Shown: positions 36,876 to 46,502, counted from the first letter of the stretch. The stretch: 46,924 nucleotides of DNA from a virus (IMGVR_UViG_3300036778_000085:1-46924), one strand, 5' to 3'. The notes: a model not told the origin generated them from the letters alone. A program made the numbers and translations.

Positions 36876-39013
36876 TGGGACACCGGGACCTTCGGGGAGG
36901 CCACCGCGGACGGGGCCTGGGCCTTGGGTTTCATATAATTGTCGATGTAGACCTGGCGGGCGTAGGCACGCTGGATGTCTTCCTCAGTCGGGGTGACGCC
37001 GGCCTGGGCCCATTTCGGGTTCGAGACGATGATCTTGCGGGCCTCGTCTGGAACTTTAAGCTGGAATGTCGGCGTGCCAGAAGAGAACCAGCCGGCGTCA
37101 TGCCGCTGCAAGAGTTGTGAGCCAATCCGCTGGATGTCTTCGTCCTTAGCCGGCTTGTTGTTGTCCTTCTGCCAAGCGCCGATTGCGTCTTGGAGCGCTC
37201 CGGTGAACTGGTTGTACGACTCGGCATCGGATTTCTTGTCGAATCCAGCTGCGAGCAAGGCGGGCTGCATCACCCCAAGGGCGTGACCAATCACCGGGTC
37301 GGCTTCGACCTTGTGGTAGACGTTGGCCTGCATCTGCAGAAGTTGTTTCTTGGCGCTGTTAGGTAGATCAGCGCCAACGATATCCGCCTGAAGGAACTTA
37401 TCCGGTTCGTTGATCGCTTGACCGTATAAGGTGTTAAACGCCTTCAGCCGATTCCCAGAGGGATCCCACTGAACCCCGCCGCCGATATTCGCATTCAGCG
37501 CCTTCATCGTCGCGATTTGATCCTTGGAGTTCATCGCATGGAAAGCGGTCTCCGCCTTCGGATCAGAGAAGAGCTCCGGCAACGATGTCGGGAATTTTCC
37601 GTTCTGCATCCCCGTCGACAACGCGTCGTTCACCGCTTGGCGATTGTTGAACTCGCCGTCTTTCTGGATCCGCTGCTGTTGGTTGTAAAGGTTCTCCTGG
37701 TGTGATTCGACATAGTCGCCGAAGACCTTATCGTCGGGGGCGAGCTCTTGGGATTTCTGCCGCCCGGCGTCGGTCAATTCTTTGAGTGAAGCGCCTTGAG
37801 CAAGTTGAGCGTTGAACTTCTGTAGATATTGCGGCGTGTTGGTCGTGCCATCGCTCGCGGTGTTACCTGGTTTCGAGTTCGGCCCAGAGAACCACATCTC
37901 GGCGGCACGATTGGCAGAACCGCCCTGAGTTTGATATTGCTCAAGTTTGAACCGTGCGAGTTGATCCTGTGCCGCTTTGTTCTGGAGAAACTGCTGTGCC
38001 GTCATATCGGGCATCCCGGCCTCTTTCAGCCAAGGCGAGAGATTCTCGCCTTTAATCTGATAGGCGCCGAGTGCAACATCACCATCTTTGGTCGGCGTTG
38101 AGATTGTATAGTTGCCGCTGCTCTCAACACCTTTGATCGCTGATACGAGGCGGCTGGTGTCGATCACTCCCGAGCCAAAGTTGTTCGAATTTCCGGCCGA
38201 GACCTCTGAGGCGACATTGCGGGCGCCGATACCCCAGCGCTGCTTCTGCACGTAGTCGCTCATTCGTGCGGCATCTTCAGGCAGAAGGTCGCCCGACTTC
38301 GAATACTGATCCAGTTGCTTCTGCGCCGAGAACGGCTGGGATTTCGCCATCCCTTGGATTTGCTTTGAGATTGCGGTCGACTTCGACGTCGCCACAAGCT
38401 GCTGCCGCGCCGGACCGTCCAAGCCTTGGATGTCCGCTTGATGGTTGGCCTCCCGTTCGATCGAGGCAAGATTCGCCTGTGCCGCGCCTTGATCGTCGGG
38501 CATGGCCATCATCTGATCGCCAGCTGCATCGACCGCCGCCTTGGACGATCCAAGAACGTAGGCTTTGTTCTGCTGACCAGCGTGCGATGCGGCGTACATA
38601 GTCAGCCGCGCTTGTTGTGAGCGCGACTCTTGGTCGTATAGGCGCTGAGCTAGAGGGCTCTGTAGGGTATTGCGGTAATCCTCACGAGTCGAGTTGATCC
38701 CATCAAGGAATGGCTGGAAGCCATCAACCGCGTTCTTTCCTTGTGTTGAAAGATAGTCACCGAGCTTCGCGCCGAGGTCGGTGGTGTACTTTGCGCTCGC
38801 CTCGGTCGCCTGCGCCTGTTGGTTGAGCTCCTGCATCGCGTAGCCGCGCGCGAAGATTTCATTCCCGGCGCCTTCCTCAGCTTTACCGAGTCCTTGGATC
38901 GCAGCGGCGGTGGCCCCTCCGAATGCATCCAAGGGCGTTGAGATCGACCGCGGCCCGATCGGGGTGTCCTGTGGCGCAACACTCGGCGCCCCTGTGTAAG
39001 GTACTTGCGGCAT
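36872..39013 (-). CDS. Internal virion protein with lysozyme/transglycosylase-like domain
   Basis: MPQVP start; ESSGNY...ALGAYQI...QDQLA. Confidence 0.78.
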   Translation of the reverse strand: MPQVPYTGAPSVAPQDTPIGPRSISTPLDAFGGATAAAIQGLGKAEEGAGNEIFARGYAMQELNQQAQATEASAKYTTDLGAKLGDYLSTQGKNAVDGFQPFLDGINSTREDYRNTLQSPLAQRLYDQESRSQQARLTMYAASHAGQQNKAYVLGSSKAAVDAAGDQMMAMPDDQGAAQANLASIEREANHQADIQGLDGPARQQLVATSKSTAISKQIQGMAKSQPFSAQKQLDQYSKSGDLLPEDAARMSDYVQKQRWGIGARNVASEVSAGNSNNFGSGVIDTSRLVSAIKGVESSGNYTISTPTKDGDVALGAYQIKGENLSPWLKEAGMPDMTAQQFLQNKAAQDQLARFKLEQYQTQGGSANRAAEMWFSGPNSKPGNTASDGTTNTPQYLQKFNAQLAQGASLKELTDAGRQKSQELAPDDKVFGDYVESHQENLYNQQQRIQKDGEFNNRQAVNDALSTGMQNGKFPTSLPELFSDPKAETAFHAMNSKDQIATMKALNANIGGGVQWDPSGNRLKAFNTLYGQAINEPDKFLQADIVGADLPNSAKKQLLQMQANVYHKVEADPVIGHALGVMQPALLAAGFDKKSDAESYNQFTGALQDAIGAWQKDNNKPAKDEDIQRIGSQLLQRHDAGWFSSGTPTFQLKVPDEARKIIVSNPKWAQAGVTPTEEDIQRAYARQVYIDNYMKPKAQAPSAVASPKVPVSQ

Positions 39014-39555
39014 CACGGGCTCCCAAACAGGCCAGCTTGTTGGCCCTGCAACCATTTGGTGGATACAGAAGAAGCAGACCCGAGCAAAGTTGATGTGGCA
39101 CCTATTTCGCCGGCGGCCGCCGCGTTGGACCCGGCCATGACATCGAGGCTGGATTGATTCTCGAAGGTGTTCGCCTGGACATCATAGTTGTAAGCGGTCT
39201 TCGCGGCGTTCGACCTAATCTGATCGAGGTCCATGGAGGTTACGAGCTTTTGTCCGGCCTGGACTCTTGCGGCTGAACCAGAGTTGATATCAAGGCCTGA
39301 GGCGGCCTGAGCCACTTTGATCTGCCCCTGGCGCTGGGCGGCCTGCATTCCATAACTCTGAGCCTGCTGCTCACCTTGTTGAATCGCGTAGTCAGCGTTT
39401 TGTTTCGCTATCTGGGCGTTTTGCTGAGCCAGCGCCGCCTGATAGTTGAACATCTTCTGCTGCGATTGGCCGCCGAAGATCGAGCCGATGGCGCCGACAA
39501 CACCACCTGCGGCGGATAGGCCAACGCCGGCCGAGGATACATTTCCTGGGGTCAT
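39013..39555 (-). CDS. Small internal virion protein (T7 gp14-like position)
   Basis: Gly/Ala/Gln-rich; AASGLDINSGSA motif. Confidence 0.75.
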   Translation of the reverse strand: MTPGNVSSAGVGLSAAGGVVGAIGSIFGGQSQQKMFNYQAALAQQNAQIAKQNADYAIQQGEQQAQSYGMQAAQRQGQIKVAQAASGLDINSGSAARVQAGQKLVTSMDLDQIRSNAAKTAYNYDVQANTFENQSSLDVMAGSNAAAAGEIGATSTLLGSASSVSTKWLQGQQAGLFGSP

Positions 39556-39917
39556 CGCAAGATCTCAAATCCAGGGGGGTTGTCGGTGATGAATTTGGCG
39601 CCGAGAGATTTCATCCATCGGATCGATGAAGGAGCGTTGCAATGGCCGACGATCCTGGGCCAGCGCTCAAGTGCGCGGTGGATCAAGTCTTTGGCGTGGC
39701 GGCCGATAGCGAGTTTGTGCTCCGCTGCGGCGGGAAGTGTCTCCATCCAGATGTAGCCCTCACCTACGCGGGGGACGAACCCAACGAAACAGGCCGGGGT
39801 GGCATTCCACATCGCGACGATGAGTGGCTCACTCGCGAGGCCAAAAGCCTTAACAGTATCGTTGACCGGCCACAGGCGCTCCATGTCTTTCGGGGTGATC
39901 TCATACAAAGTCATCAT
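39552..39917 (-). CDS. GNAT-like virion assembly protein (T7 gp13-like)
   Basis: GYIWM...SIRWMKSLGAKF. Confidence 0.65.
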   Translation of the reverse strand: MMTLYEITPKDMERLWPVNDTVKAFGLASEPLIVAMWNATPACFVGFVPRVGEGYIWMETLPAAAEHKLAIGRHAKDLIHRALERWPRIVGHCNAPSSIRWMKSLGAKFITDNPPGFEILR

Positions 39918-42736
39918 CGATCGTCGCCGATCACATAAGAGGGGAAGACGCCAAGGACTGTTGCAGGATAGGGCAGCGCCTGACGAATGCAAAACTGACC
40001 CGGGACAGTATAGGTCGGGTCGAGAAAGGTCCGGGCGTCACCCGAGACAAGATCGGTGACGATCTGGGCGCCCTGTCCAGTGAGCATCGAAGAGACATTG
40101 CCGCGGATCAAGTCTTTCATCGGTGTTAGGTGGTTGAAATCCGATCCGATCGCCAGGCCGAGGGTTTCATTAACTCGAATATCAACATAAGGCAGCTTCT
40201 TGGTTTTGCCCTGGACAGCTTCCTCGCCTTCGAGTTGGAGCGACAAGGTCTGCAGATCACAGACAAACGCCAGGCCAATAGTTACCTTGGAGGCGGCCAC
40301 AGGCAGAGTAAACTCACCGGACGCTGGCATGACAAAAGGCGTGATAGGTTGTCCATCAGCCAGCCCAGTGACAGACAGACCAGCAAGATGCTCGCCGCCA
40401 GTAAAACTCGAAATAGGCGCCCCGACGTATTGCAGGGCCGAGTCGACCGTCCAGGCATCGACAACTCCATTCGGGAAGGATCGCTCGGCGACCCGTTCGA
40501 TATACTGCAAACTAAGGGCGCCGATCTGGCGCTGAACCACAGTGTAGATCGCGTCGACATTACCAGCGGTCGCAGTTGGCTCGGTTACGGCGCAGACGGA
40601 CTTAAAGTTTCCCTGGGTCTCCTGATGGGTCCAAGCGGTGAATTGTTGTTCTTTCAAGAAAGTCAGGGTGAGCATCACCCCATCATTGCGAACGGCCCAC
40701 ACCACATAGAAAGGTTGTTCGGCCCAGGCCCACTCGAGTATCTCAAAGCCGTAGAACAAATGCGAGGCGATGACCGAAATGTCTTCACCGGTGAACACCG
40801 AGAAGTAGATGTTGAAAGCGAGGTCGCGAACGGCGGCGCCCTTTGATTGAACATAGAGTACGTCGTAGTTCGCCACGATTGGCGGCACATCCGAGGCGCC
40901 GATGAAGCTCTGAGCATTGGCCACGAGCGCGGAGGGCGAGATTGCCGACCCCGACGATCCACCGTTGACCAGCCACGAAGCTTTGTCAGTGAGGATAAGC
41001 ATCCCTGATGTAGAGGAGACCAGTGCCTTGATCGTGTTTAAGACACCTGAGACCAACGTTCCAGTGATAGAATCATCCGGCTGACTCGGCGACGATATGT
41101 CGAAATTAAAGAACGCGCCGGGCTTTGACATGAAGAATGTCTCAGGCGCCGAGATTGGTGCGGCCAACACCAAGCGCTGCTGAAAGAAACTCGGCACCGA
41201 AGGATTGCTGTTACCTGCGGCAGATAGGCCAGCGGTCCCCGCCGCTGTTAGAGTTCCGGCTGAAAAAGTCACCGTCGGCGGCGATTGATATCCAGAACCC
41301 GGGTTGGTGATCACGACTGAACTAACACCCCAAGCCGGCGAAACTTGAAGGCCTGTGCCCGAGCCAGAGGTCGACAGTTGACTCAGCGGATTCGACGGCG
41401 TCGATCCGGAAGAGATCGATCCAACGTTTAAAACATTATAAGATGTGACGGCGCCCGAGGTCTCGCCTGTGACTTGGATTTGGAGCCCGTCTGCAAAGAG
41501 CACTGTGTCATTAACAACGTAGCCAGAGCCCCCGGCGGTAATAGGAAATCCAAGGATAACACCCAGGATTGGCGCGCCACTAGCGCCAAGTGTCGGAGAT
41601 CCGCCGGTGAAAGTTACAGTCGGCACCGAGCCGTATTGGCCAGAGGCTGATAGAGTAACAAAACCAACTCCCGAGCCGGTAAAAGGATTAGTCGGGATCG
41701 GCGGCGTTTGTGAGAAATCCGGCGTGATGTTCGAATCGATAAACTGTGTGCCCTGAGTTGTACCGACGAAACCGTATTGAACTCCGTCGGGGACAATGCC
41801 AAAATAAGAAACATCGGCCTCGTAGATGTTGTAGCCCGCGGCGCCGGAAACGCCGAACCAGCCGACAGAATTGCTCCCAGGTGATGTTCGGATATCGAGC
41901 CTGTTTGTTAGCGCAGGCGCGATCGCCAGCGCGGATTCTTGCCCTGAAGAATCAATCGAGGTTACACCATAGCTGTAGTTAACCTGACCGGCGCCTAAGG
42001 TAGAATTCGTTGTCAGGGTCGACGGCGCCACCGATGTGGATCCGATCACCATCGGCGCGATGGTCCAATCCGCCGCTGTTATGAGTGTTAGAATCTGCGT
42101 CGGATAATTGGGATGGCATAAGATCATCTGGCTGACGTTCTGGGCGAACTTCACCAGGGCAAGATCGGCCGCAGCATAAGGGGATTCGATCGTATAGACG
42201 CGGCCGGAGGTTCCGCCAGAGATGTAAGGTGAGTAGCTGGTGGAATCAATCGGAACGCCGTTGAGATCGCCGAGGGTGAGTAATCCGCCGGCCACAGCGT
42301 TAACGCGAAAGAAGCGCCCGTTGAGTTGGGTCATTCCCACAATATCAGAGAGGAAGATCCAGTCGCCGACACTATAAGTATTAGCGGGGACAGAGATCAT
42401 CGCCGGGTTGGCTTGGGATGCACCGGCGATGGCTAGGCCGGTTTCAAGCACCGGCGAGCCCTGGAAGAAAAATCGGATGTAGAAGTCGCCGAATTCAAGG
42501 GCATAGCCGACGTTGAACGCCGCCTGGAAATTAATCAAGCGTACCGGTGTTGAGGATTTGAAGGCTTGAAGGATGTAAGCAGTACCGGGACGGGTCGAGG
42601 CGCCGCCCCGGTAGTCGACGAAGAAGTTCTGGAGCAGGGCGGCGCCCGAGCGATATTTGGTCATATCGACGCGGGCGTTGAGCTGTGGGGCCCATTCGCC
42701 GGCGTTGAAGGACGCCTGGATTGAAAGGTCAGCCAT
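39914..42736 (-). CDS. Tail tubular protein B (nozzle)
   Basis: SFNAGEWAP, GGASTRPGT, LEFGDFYIRF, FFQQRL, AWTHQET. Confidence 0.88.
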   Translation of the reverse strand: MADLSIQASFNAGEWAPQLNARVDMTKYRSGAALLQNFFVDYRGGASTRPGTAYILQAFKSSTPVRLINFQAAFNVGYALEFGDFYIRFFFQGSPVLETGLAIAGASQANPAMISVPANTYSVGDWIFLSDIVGMTQLNGRFFRVNAVAGGLLTLGDLNGVPIDSTSYSPYISGGTSGRVYTIESPYAAADLALVKFAQNVSQMILCHPNYPTQILTLITAADWTIAPMVIGSTSVAPSTLTTNSTLGAGQVNYSYGVTSIDSSGQESALAIAPALTNRLDIRTSPGSNSVGWFGVSGAAGYNIYEADVSYFGIVPDGVQYGFVGTTQGTQFIDSNITPDFSQTPPIPTNPFTGSGVGFVTLSASGQYGSVPTVTFTGGSPTLGASGAPILGVILGFPITAGGSGYVVNDTVLFADGLQIQVTGETSGAVTSYNVLNVGSISSGSTPSNPLSQLSTSGSGTGLQVSPAWGVSSVVITNPGSGYQSPPTVTFSAGTLTAAGTAGLSAAGNSNPSVPSFFQQRLVLAAPISAPETFFMSKPGAFFNFDISSPSQPDDSITGTLVSGVLNTIKALVSSTSGMLILTDKASWLVNGGSSGSAISPSALVANAQSFIGASDVPPIVANYDVLYVQSKGAAVRDLAFNIYFSVFTGEDISVIASHLFYGFEILEWAWAEQPFYVVWAVRNDGVMLTLTFLKEQQFTAWTHQETQGNFKSVCAVTEPTATAGNVDAIYTVVQRQIGALSLQYIERVAERSFPNGVVDAWTVDSALQYVGAPISSFTGGEHLAGLSVTGLADGQPITPFVMPASGEFTLPVAASKVTIGLAFVCDLQTLSLQLEGEEAVQGKTKKLPYVDIRVNETLGLAIGSDFNHLTPMKDLIRGNVSSMLTGQGAQIVTDLVSGDARTFLDPTYTVPGQFCIRQALPYPATVLGVFPSYVIGDDR

Positions 42737-42739
42737 GGA

Positions 42740-43825
42740 TCATCCAAAAATGGGAAAAAGCCCGCCCCAGTCGAAGCCGGAGAATGGCCCCGAGTATGGA
42801 GTCGCAAAATCAATTCCGCGGATTCGGAGCCAATCCGGCGTCACGTCATTGACCGAGAGGCCTTCGTTACCATCGGGCACCCGGGCAGTTTCGATTGAGC
42901 GATTAGCCAATTGGATCAGCATGTTGGCCAGCTTCTTGTCGCCAGTCAACGCCATACAGACCGTGGCGCCGATGACTTGTGACCAGGTCGACTGGAACAG
43001 TGTATCCATTAAATTCGGGTCGGTCACCTGTTCCATATAGGTAAGGGTGGCGAATTCCTGATTGGTAAGGAGAACCCGCTGCGACATACGAGGGCCGTAG
43101 GTCAGGTTCAAGGTCAGGCCGGTACCCGAACCTGAGGTCGAGCCTTGCGATTGGGGATTGGGCTGTCTCTGGAAGTACGATCCGCCGAGCGGCGGATTTG
43201 CGTCAATAACCGCTGAGATGATGGTCACTGCAGTCACGACCGAACCAGAGACAGCGGAGACCAAAACTTGAAGTGGAGCGCCAATCGGCGGCTCGGTATT
43301 CGGCAAAGTCGCCAAGGTGACAAGATCACCAACGGCGTAGCCAGTGCCGCCGAAGGCTACAGCCGCTGCGATCACCGGATAGAATTGATCGTTCTGGATC
43401 TTGAACTTTACTGGCGGGCCTTGCCAGAATGAAGCTGCCCCACCGGTGACCGCTGTGGTGATCGGGATGCCGCCGGCGAATCCGGTTTGGGTCGAGGGGA
43501 TGACCCACAGAGCACGGAGGCAATCCGCCGGGTATTGGTATTCGTAGCCCCAGGGCGGCGTTGGTTGGCCCGGCATCCACAGCGTAGTCGGCGGCGAGAT
43601 ATTCTCGGGAGTACCCTGTGCTGATGTGATGTACGTCATATTGATTGTCTTAGTCGCGAAGTTCCACGGCGCCATCCGGAGAAGATCGTCGCGGATGTTC
43701 TCATAAACGAGGTTGACTTGAATTGCCTCGTTCGTGGAATTTGCCGCAAGTTCGCCGGCAGTCACCGTCGTGCGGGTGCCGATTTGCTGAAGTGCACGAT
43801 TGATGATGTCGACGACTTGGGTCAT
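42740..43825 (-). CDS. Tail tubular protein A (adaptor) with inserted domain
   Basis: DIINRALQQIG, PWNFA, YQYPADCLR, DPNLMDTLF. Confidence 0.85.
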   Translation of the reverse strand: MTQVVDIINRALQQIGTRTTVTAGELAANSTNEAIQVNLVYENIRDDLLRMAPWNFATKTINMTYITSAQGTPENISPPTTLWMPGQPTPPWGYEYQYPADCLRALWVIPSTQTGFAGGIPITTAVTGGAASFWQGPPVKFKIQNDQFYPVIAAAVAFGGTGYAVGDLVTLATLPNTEPPIGAPLQVLVSAVSGSVVTAVTIISAVIDANPPLGGSYFQRQPNPQSQGSTSGSGTGLTLNLTYGPRMSQRVLLTNQEFATLTYMEQVTDPNLMDTLFQSTWSQVIGATVCMALTGDKKLANMLIQLANRSIETARVPDGNEGLSVNDVTPDWLRIRGIDFATPYSGPFSGFDWGGLFPIFG

Positions 43826-43965
43826 CAGCGCTTACCTTGAGTACCGGCGGTGCCATGGTTGGTGCCACCGAGGCCCACCGCATTACGCATTTGGTTGGTT
43901 GGGCCGCACGGCGGCGAATAAGGTGTTTCCTTTACGACGGGCTTGCCGCCATCTTTGGTTGCCAT
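43825..43965 (-). CDS. Small basic peptide (46 aa)
   Basis: MATKDGGKP...GTAGTQGKR; GGAG RBS; overlaps on both sides. Confidence 0.6.
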   Translation of the reverse strand: MATKDGGKPVVKETPYSPPCGPTNQMRNAVGLGGTNHGTAGTQGKR

Positions 43966-44339
43966 TAGAATCTCCGCGTGGATGTTGGAGCATCGGTCGA
44001 GGACGGAACATCGCCCACGTCAGTTGATGAAGCATCTTCGGGTGTTTCTTCAAAGAGGTCCGGCTCACCTTCCAAAGGCTTTGAGGCTTCGGGATGAGTC
44101 GAGAACTCTTGCGGAGACCCGCCTGGAGGTACTCCCTGAGGCGGCGAATCTGGATCACCAACCGGCGCCGGCGTTACAGGTTGATTTTGCTGCCGCTGCT
44201 TGTGCTTGCGGATTTCCTGGTCGAGCTCACGGAGTTCGGCCATTGCCTCGCTTGAGATGTGAACAAAGCCCGGCGCGGTTGTTGCGACTTCCTTCACAAC
44301 GTTCATGAGCTTGAGCGCCCGATCGAAATCGACTTTCAT
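43965..44339 (-). CDS. Hypothetical protein with Pro/acidic tail
   Basis: ATG at 44339; ends TRRF. Confidence 0.65.
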   Translation of the reverse strand: MKVDFDRALKLMNVVKEVATTAPGFVHISSEAMAELRELDQEIRKHKQRQQNQPVTPAPVGDPDSPPQGVPPGGSPQEFSTHPEASKPLEGEPDLFEETPEDASSTDVGDVPSSTDAPTSTRRF

Positions 44340-44340
44340 G

Positions 44341-44541
44341 CTAGTGTTTTCCCTGTGAGCCGGCCTTGTGGGTGCCACACGATGCCATCGGCGCCTTGTA
44401 GCCGCGGCCCTGAACCATCGGCTCGGATTTGGTTCGGACTTCTTGGATGCCGATCGAGGACACGGCGCCCGGCGAGATTGACTTCGGCCGCGGCTCGACC
44501 TTCTGTGAGCCGGGCTTCGAGGTAGAGGGTCCTTGTTTCAC
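44341..44541 (-). CDS. Small basic protein
   Basis: AAGGA RBS, GTGA overlap; ends KAGSQGKH. Confidence 0.65.
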   Translation of the reverse strand: MKQGPSTSKPGSQKVEPRPKSISPGAVSSIGIQEVRTKSEPMVQGRGYKAPMASCGTHKAGSQGKH

Positions 44542-44921
44542 TTTGTGGGTCCTTTCAGTTGCCGGGTGTGATCCCAGCGGTTCTCAGGATCGGTGGCCAT
44601 ATCGCGGCGGACCTTTTCGAATGCGCCGCCGTCGGTGTGGAGCTCTTTCAAGAGTTGACGATAACGATCGTCGCAGCGCTCCATCTCTTGTTTGACGTGG
44701 GCCGGCGCCTCGTGGCCCTGCGATTCGTACATGGTCACGATGTCGTGGACATCGTGCATGTACATGATGAACCGCCGCATCTTCTCGGGGATCTCGCTCT
44801 CGGCATCAGCGATGGCGAAGAGAACTTTGCCGACACCTTCTTTAATGGTTTTCAGGTCGCGAGCGATGCGACGTAGGAGTTGAATGTCGATCGGTTCGTC
44901 AGCGGCGGGTTCGGTCATCAC
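44538..44921 (-). CDS. Hypothetical helical protein
   Basis: Coupled ORF. Confidence 0.7.
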   Translation of the reverse strand: MMTEPAADEPIDIQLLRRIARDLKTIKEGVGKVLFAIADAESEIPEKMRRFIMYMHDVHDIVTMYESQGHEAPAHVKQEMERCDDRYRQLLKELHTDGGAFEKVRRDMATDPENRWDHTRQLKGPTK

Positions 44922-45064
44922 TTCCCTTTCTTGGGCTTCTTCGCGGCGTCGGCCTGATTGAAGTCTTTGGCCACCTTTGTGGGGATGCCGACTTTAGCGG
45001 CGAACTTCGAGTTGTGTGCCGCGGCCGCCATGGTCCGCGCTTGCTTAGCAGAAGTCGAGGGCAT
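44918..45064 (-). CDS. Small basic phage protein (48 aa)
   Basis: MPSTSAKQARTMAAAAHNSKFAAKVGIPTKVAKDFNQAD; AAGGA RBS. Confidence 0.7.
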   Translation of the reverse strand: MPSTSAKQARTMAAAAHNSKFAAKVGIPTKVAKDFNQADAAKKPKKGK

Positions 45065-45075
45065 GTTGAGATTCC

Positions 45076-46143
45076 TTAATCAAAGACCCAGGCGCTGTTT
45101 CGACATAACACACGATTTTGTGTAGTGCCGCCGCCAGTAGCGCCAATTGCGGCATTCCATACGGGTGATGCGGATATATCCACGGCGAACGCCACAGTAC
45201 CGGCGCTGCCGTCGTTGCATACGGGAAGGTTGGCTACTTGGAGCGAGACCAGCTGGACCGTCTGACTGAAGGTGTGTCCTGTACCGTCGACAAAAAATCC
45301 CGGGGATAAAATCGCATCGCCGGTAAATGTGGCGCCATTTAGTAACAATCCATTGACGGCGTGAACAGTGCCACCGTCAATAAGATTACCGTAGCTACTG
45401 ACGCCGTCGGAAGCTGTGAATAGAAGTCCGTGGCCCGTTATGTTGGGTGTAGAACTAAAGGGATCGCGGCTTTCGATTTGTATTCCAATATGGTTACCGG
45501 AATGTGCTGAATCTGCGGCGCCGTAGTTGTCTACTTCCAAGCCAATTAAAGTAAATGGCGGTGTGGTTTGGCCTGAGGTATCGAATGCGCTGATAACCTC
45601 GCCCCATGTAGCGGAGCAGCCGACGACGCCACAGGTGCCTGTTGCAGTCATGCCAACAGCAGAAGCGGTCCCGTCCATGGAGCCTTGTGAGTGTTGGGTA
45701 TTAGCGTTGAAAGCGCCGGCGATCAATGCGGTTTGATTGCCCCAAGTGCCTTCACCAATTGTATTGAAGAAATATCCGGCGGGCTGTATGCCAGAGGCAA
45801 GAGCAGGCGTGAGGTAACTAGTAGTCTTAGCTACGTACAACATGCCGCCGTTAAAGTCGCTGGCGGCATTATTAACTGTGCCAGATATGATCCACGGCCC
45901 TGTTGGGTTGATTCCTAATGCAAGTCCGTAGGATGGCGGCAGATTAAAAGTAGACGGTGCTGAGACTGAAGTACTCAAGCCGGGTAATGCGGCCGCGTTA
46001 GGTACTGCCGCGTGCACAAATGCAGTCGAGGCGCAGGCGTTGGTGGAGTCTCCGGATGGCCGTGTGGGGCAAGTGTTATTCTGAGCCGCCGCTGGCAGAG
46101 CAGAAAGCAGCCACAGACCGAGAGTAAGGAAGATCCATTTCAT
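45076..46143 (-). CDS. Signal-peptide-bearing tail fibre/spike-like protein (355 aa)
   Basis: MKWIFLTLGLWLLSALPAAA|Q then CPTRPSGDSTNACASTAFV (fibre-repeat-like); C-terminal VANLP...GGG...W. Confidence 0.75.
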   Translation of the reverse strand: MKWIFLTLGLWLLSALPAAAQNNTCPTRPSGDSTNACASTAFVHAAVPNAAALPGLSTSVSAPSTFNLPPSYGLALGINPTGPWIISGTVNNAASDFNGGMLYVAKTTSYLTPALASGIQPAGYFFNTIGEGTWGNQTALIAGAFNANTQHSQGSMDGTASAVGMTATGTCGVVGCSATWGEVISAFDTSGQTTPPFTLIGLEVDNYGAADSAHSGNHIGIQIESRDPFSSTPNITGHGLLFTASDGVSSYGNLIDGGTVHAVNGLLLNGATFTGDAILSPGFFVDGTGHTFSQTVQLVSLQVANLPVCNDGSAGTVAFAVDISASPVWNAAIGATGGGTTQNRVLCRNSAWVFD

Positions 46144-46502
46144 ATCGTAGAGTCCGTCACTGTCAGCGGGTTGTCCGAGCCGGATGCAGAGAAGGCCTGC
46201 CAGGATTTCTGGCATTCGCCGGAGATCACGAGGGTGCCGCCGTTGGCATAGACGCGGTAGCAGCCGCCGAGCGACGTAGGAGAGGGGACTAGTGGAACGT
46301 CCTGGCCAGTGTTCTGCACTGCGGACGGCGCGATGAAGGCGTCGATCGATCCTGGGTTGTGGATTGTGATCGACTGGCGCTGAGGATTCAACGGGGCCAC
46401 GACCTGCGGCCCCGTTGATAAGTTATTATAGGCATAGGTCCGACCACCACTCGCGGCGCCGATCGTACCAGGAGAGCCGACGTATGTGGTGATCTGAGCC
46501 AT
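46140..46502 (-). CDS. Small beta-rich virion-module protein, no signal peptide
   Basis: NPQRQSITIHNP motif; TAATG overlap. Confidence 0.7.
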   Translation of the reverse strand: MAQITTYVGSPGTIGAASGGRTYAYNNLSTGPQVVAPLNPQRQSITIHNPGSIDAFIAPSAVQNTGQDVPLVPSPTSLGGCYRVYANGGTLVISGECQKSWQAFSASGSDNPLTVTDSTI

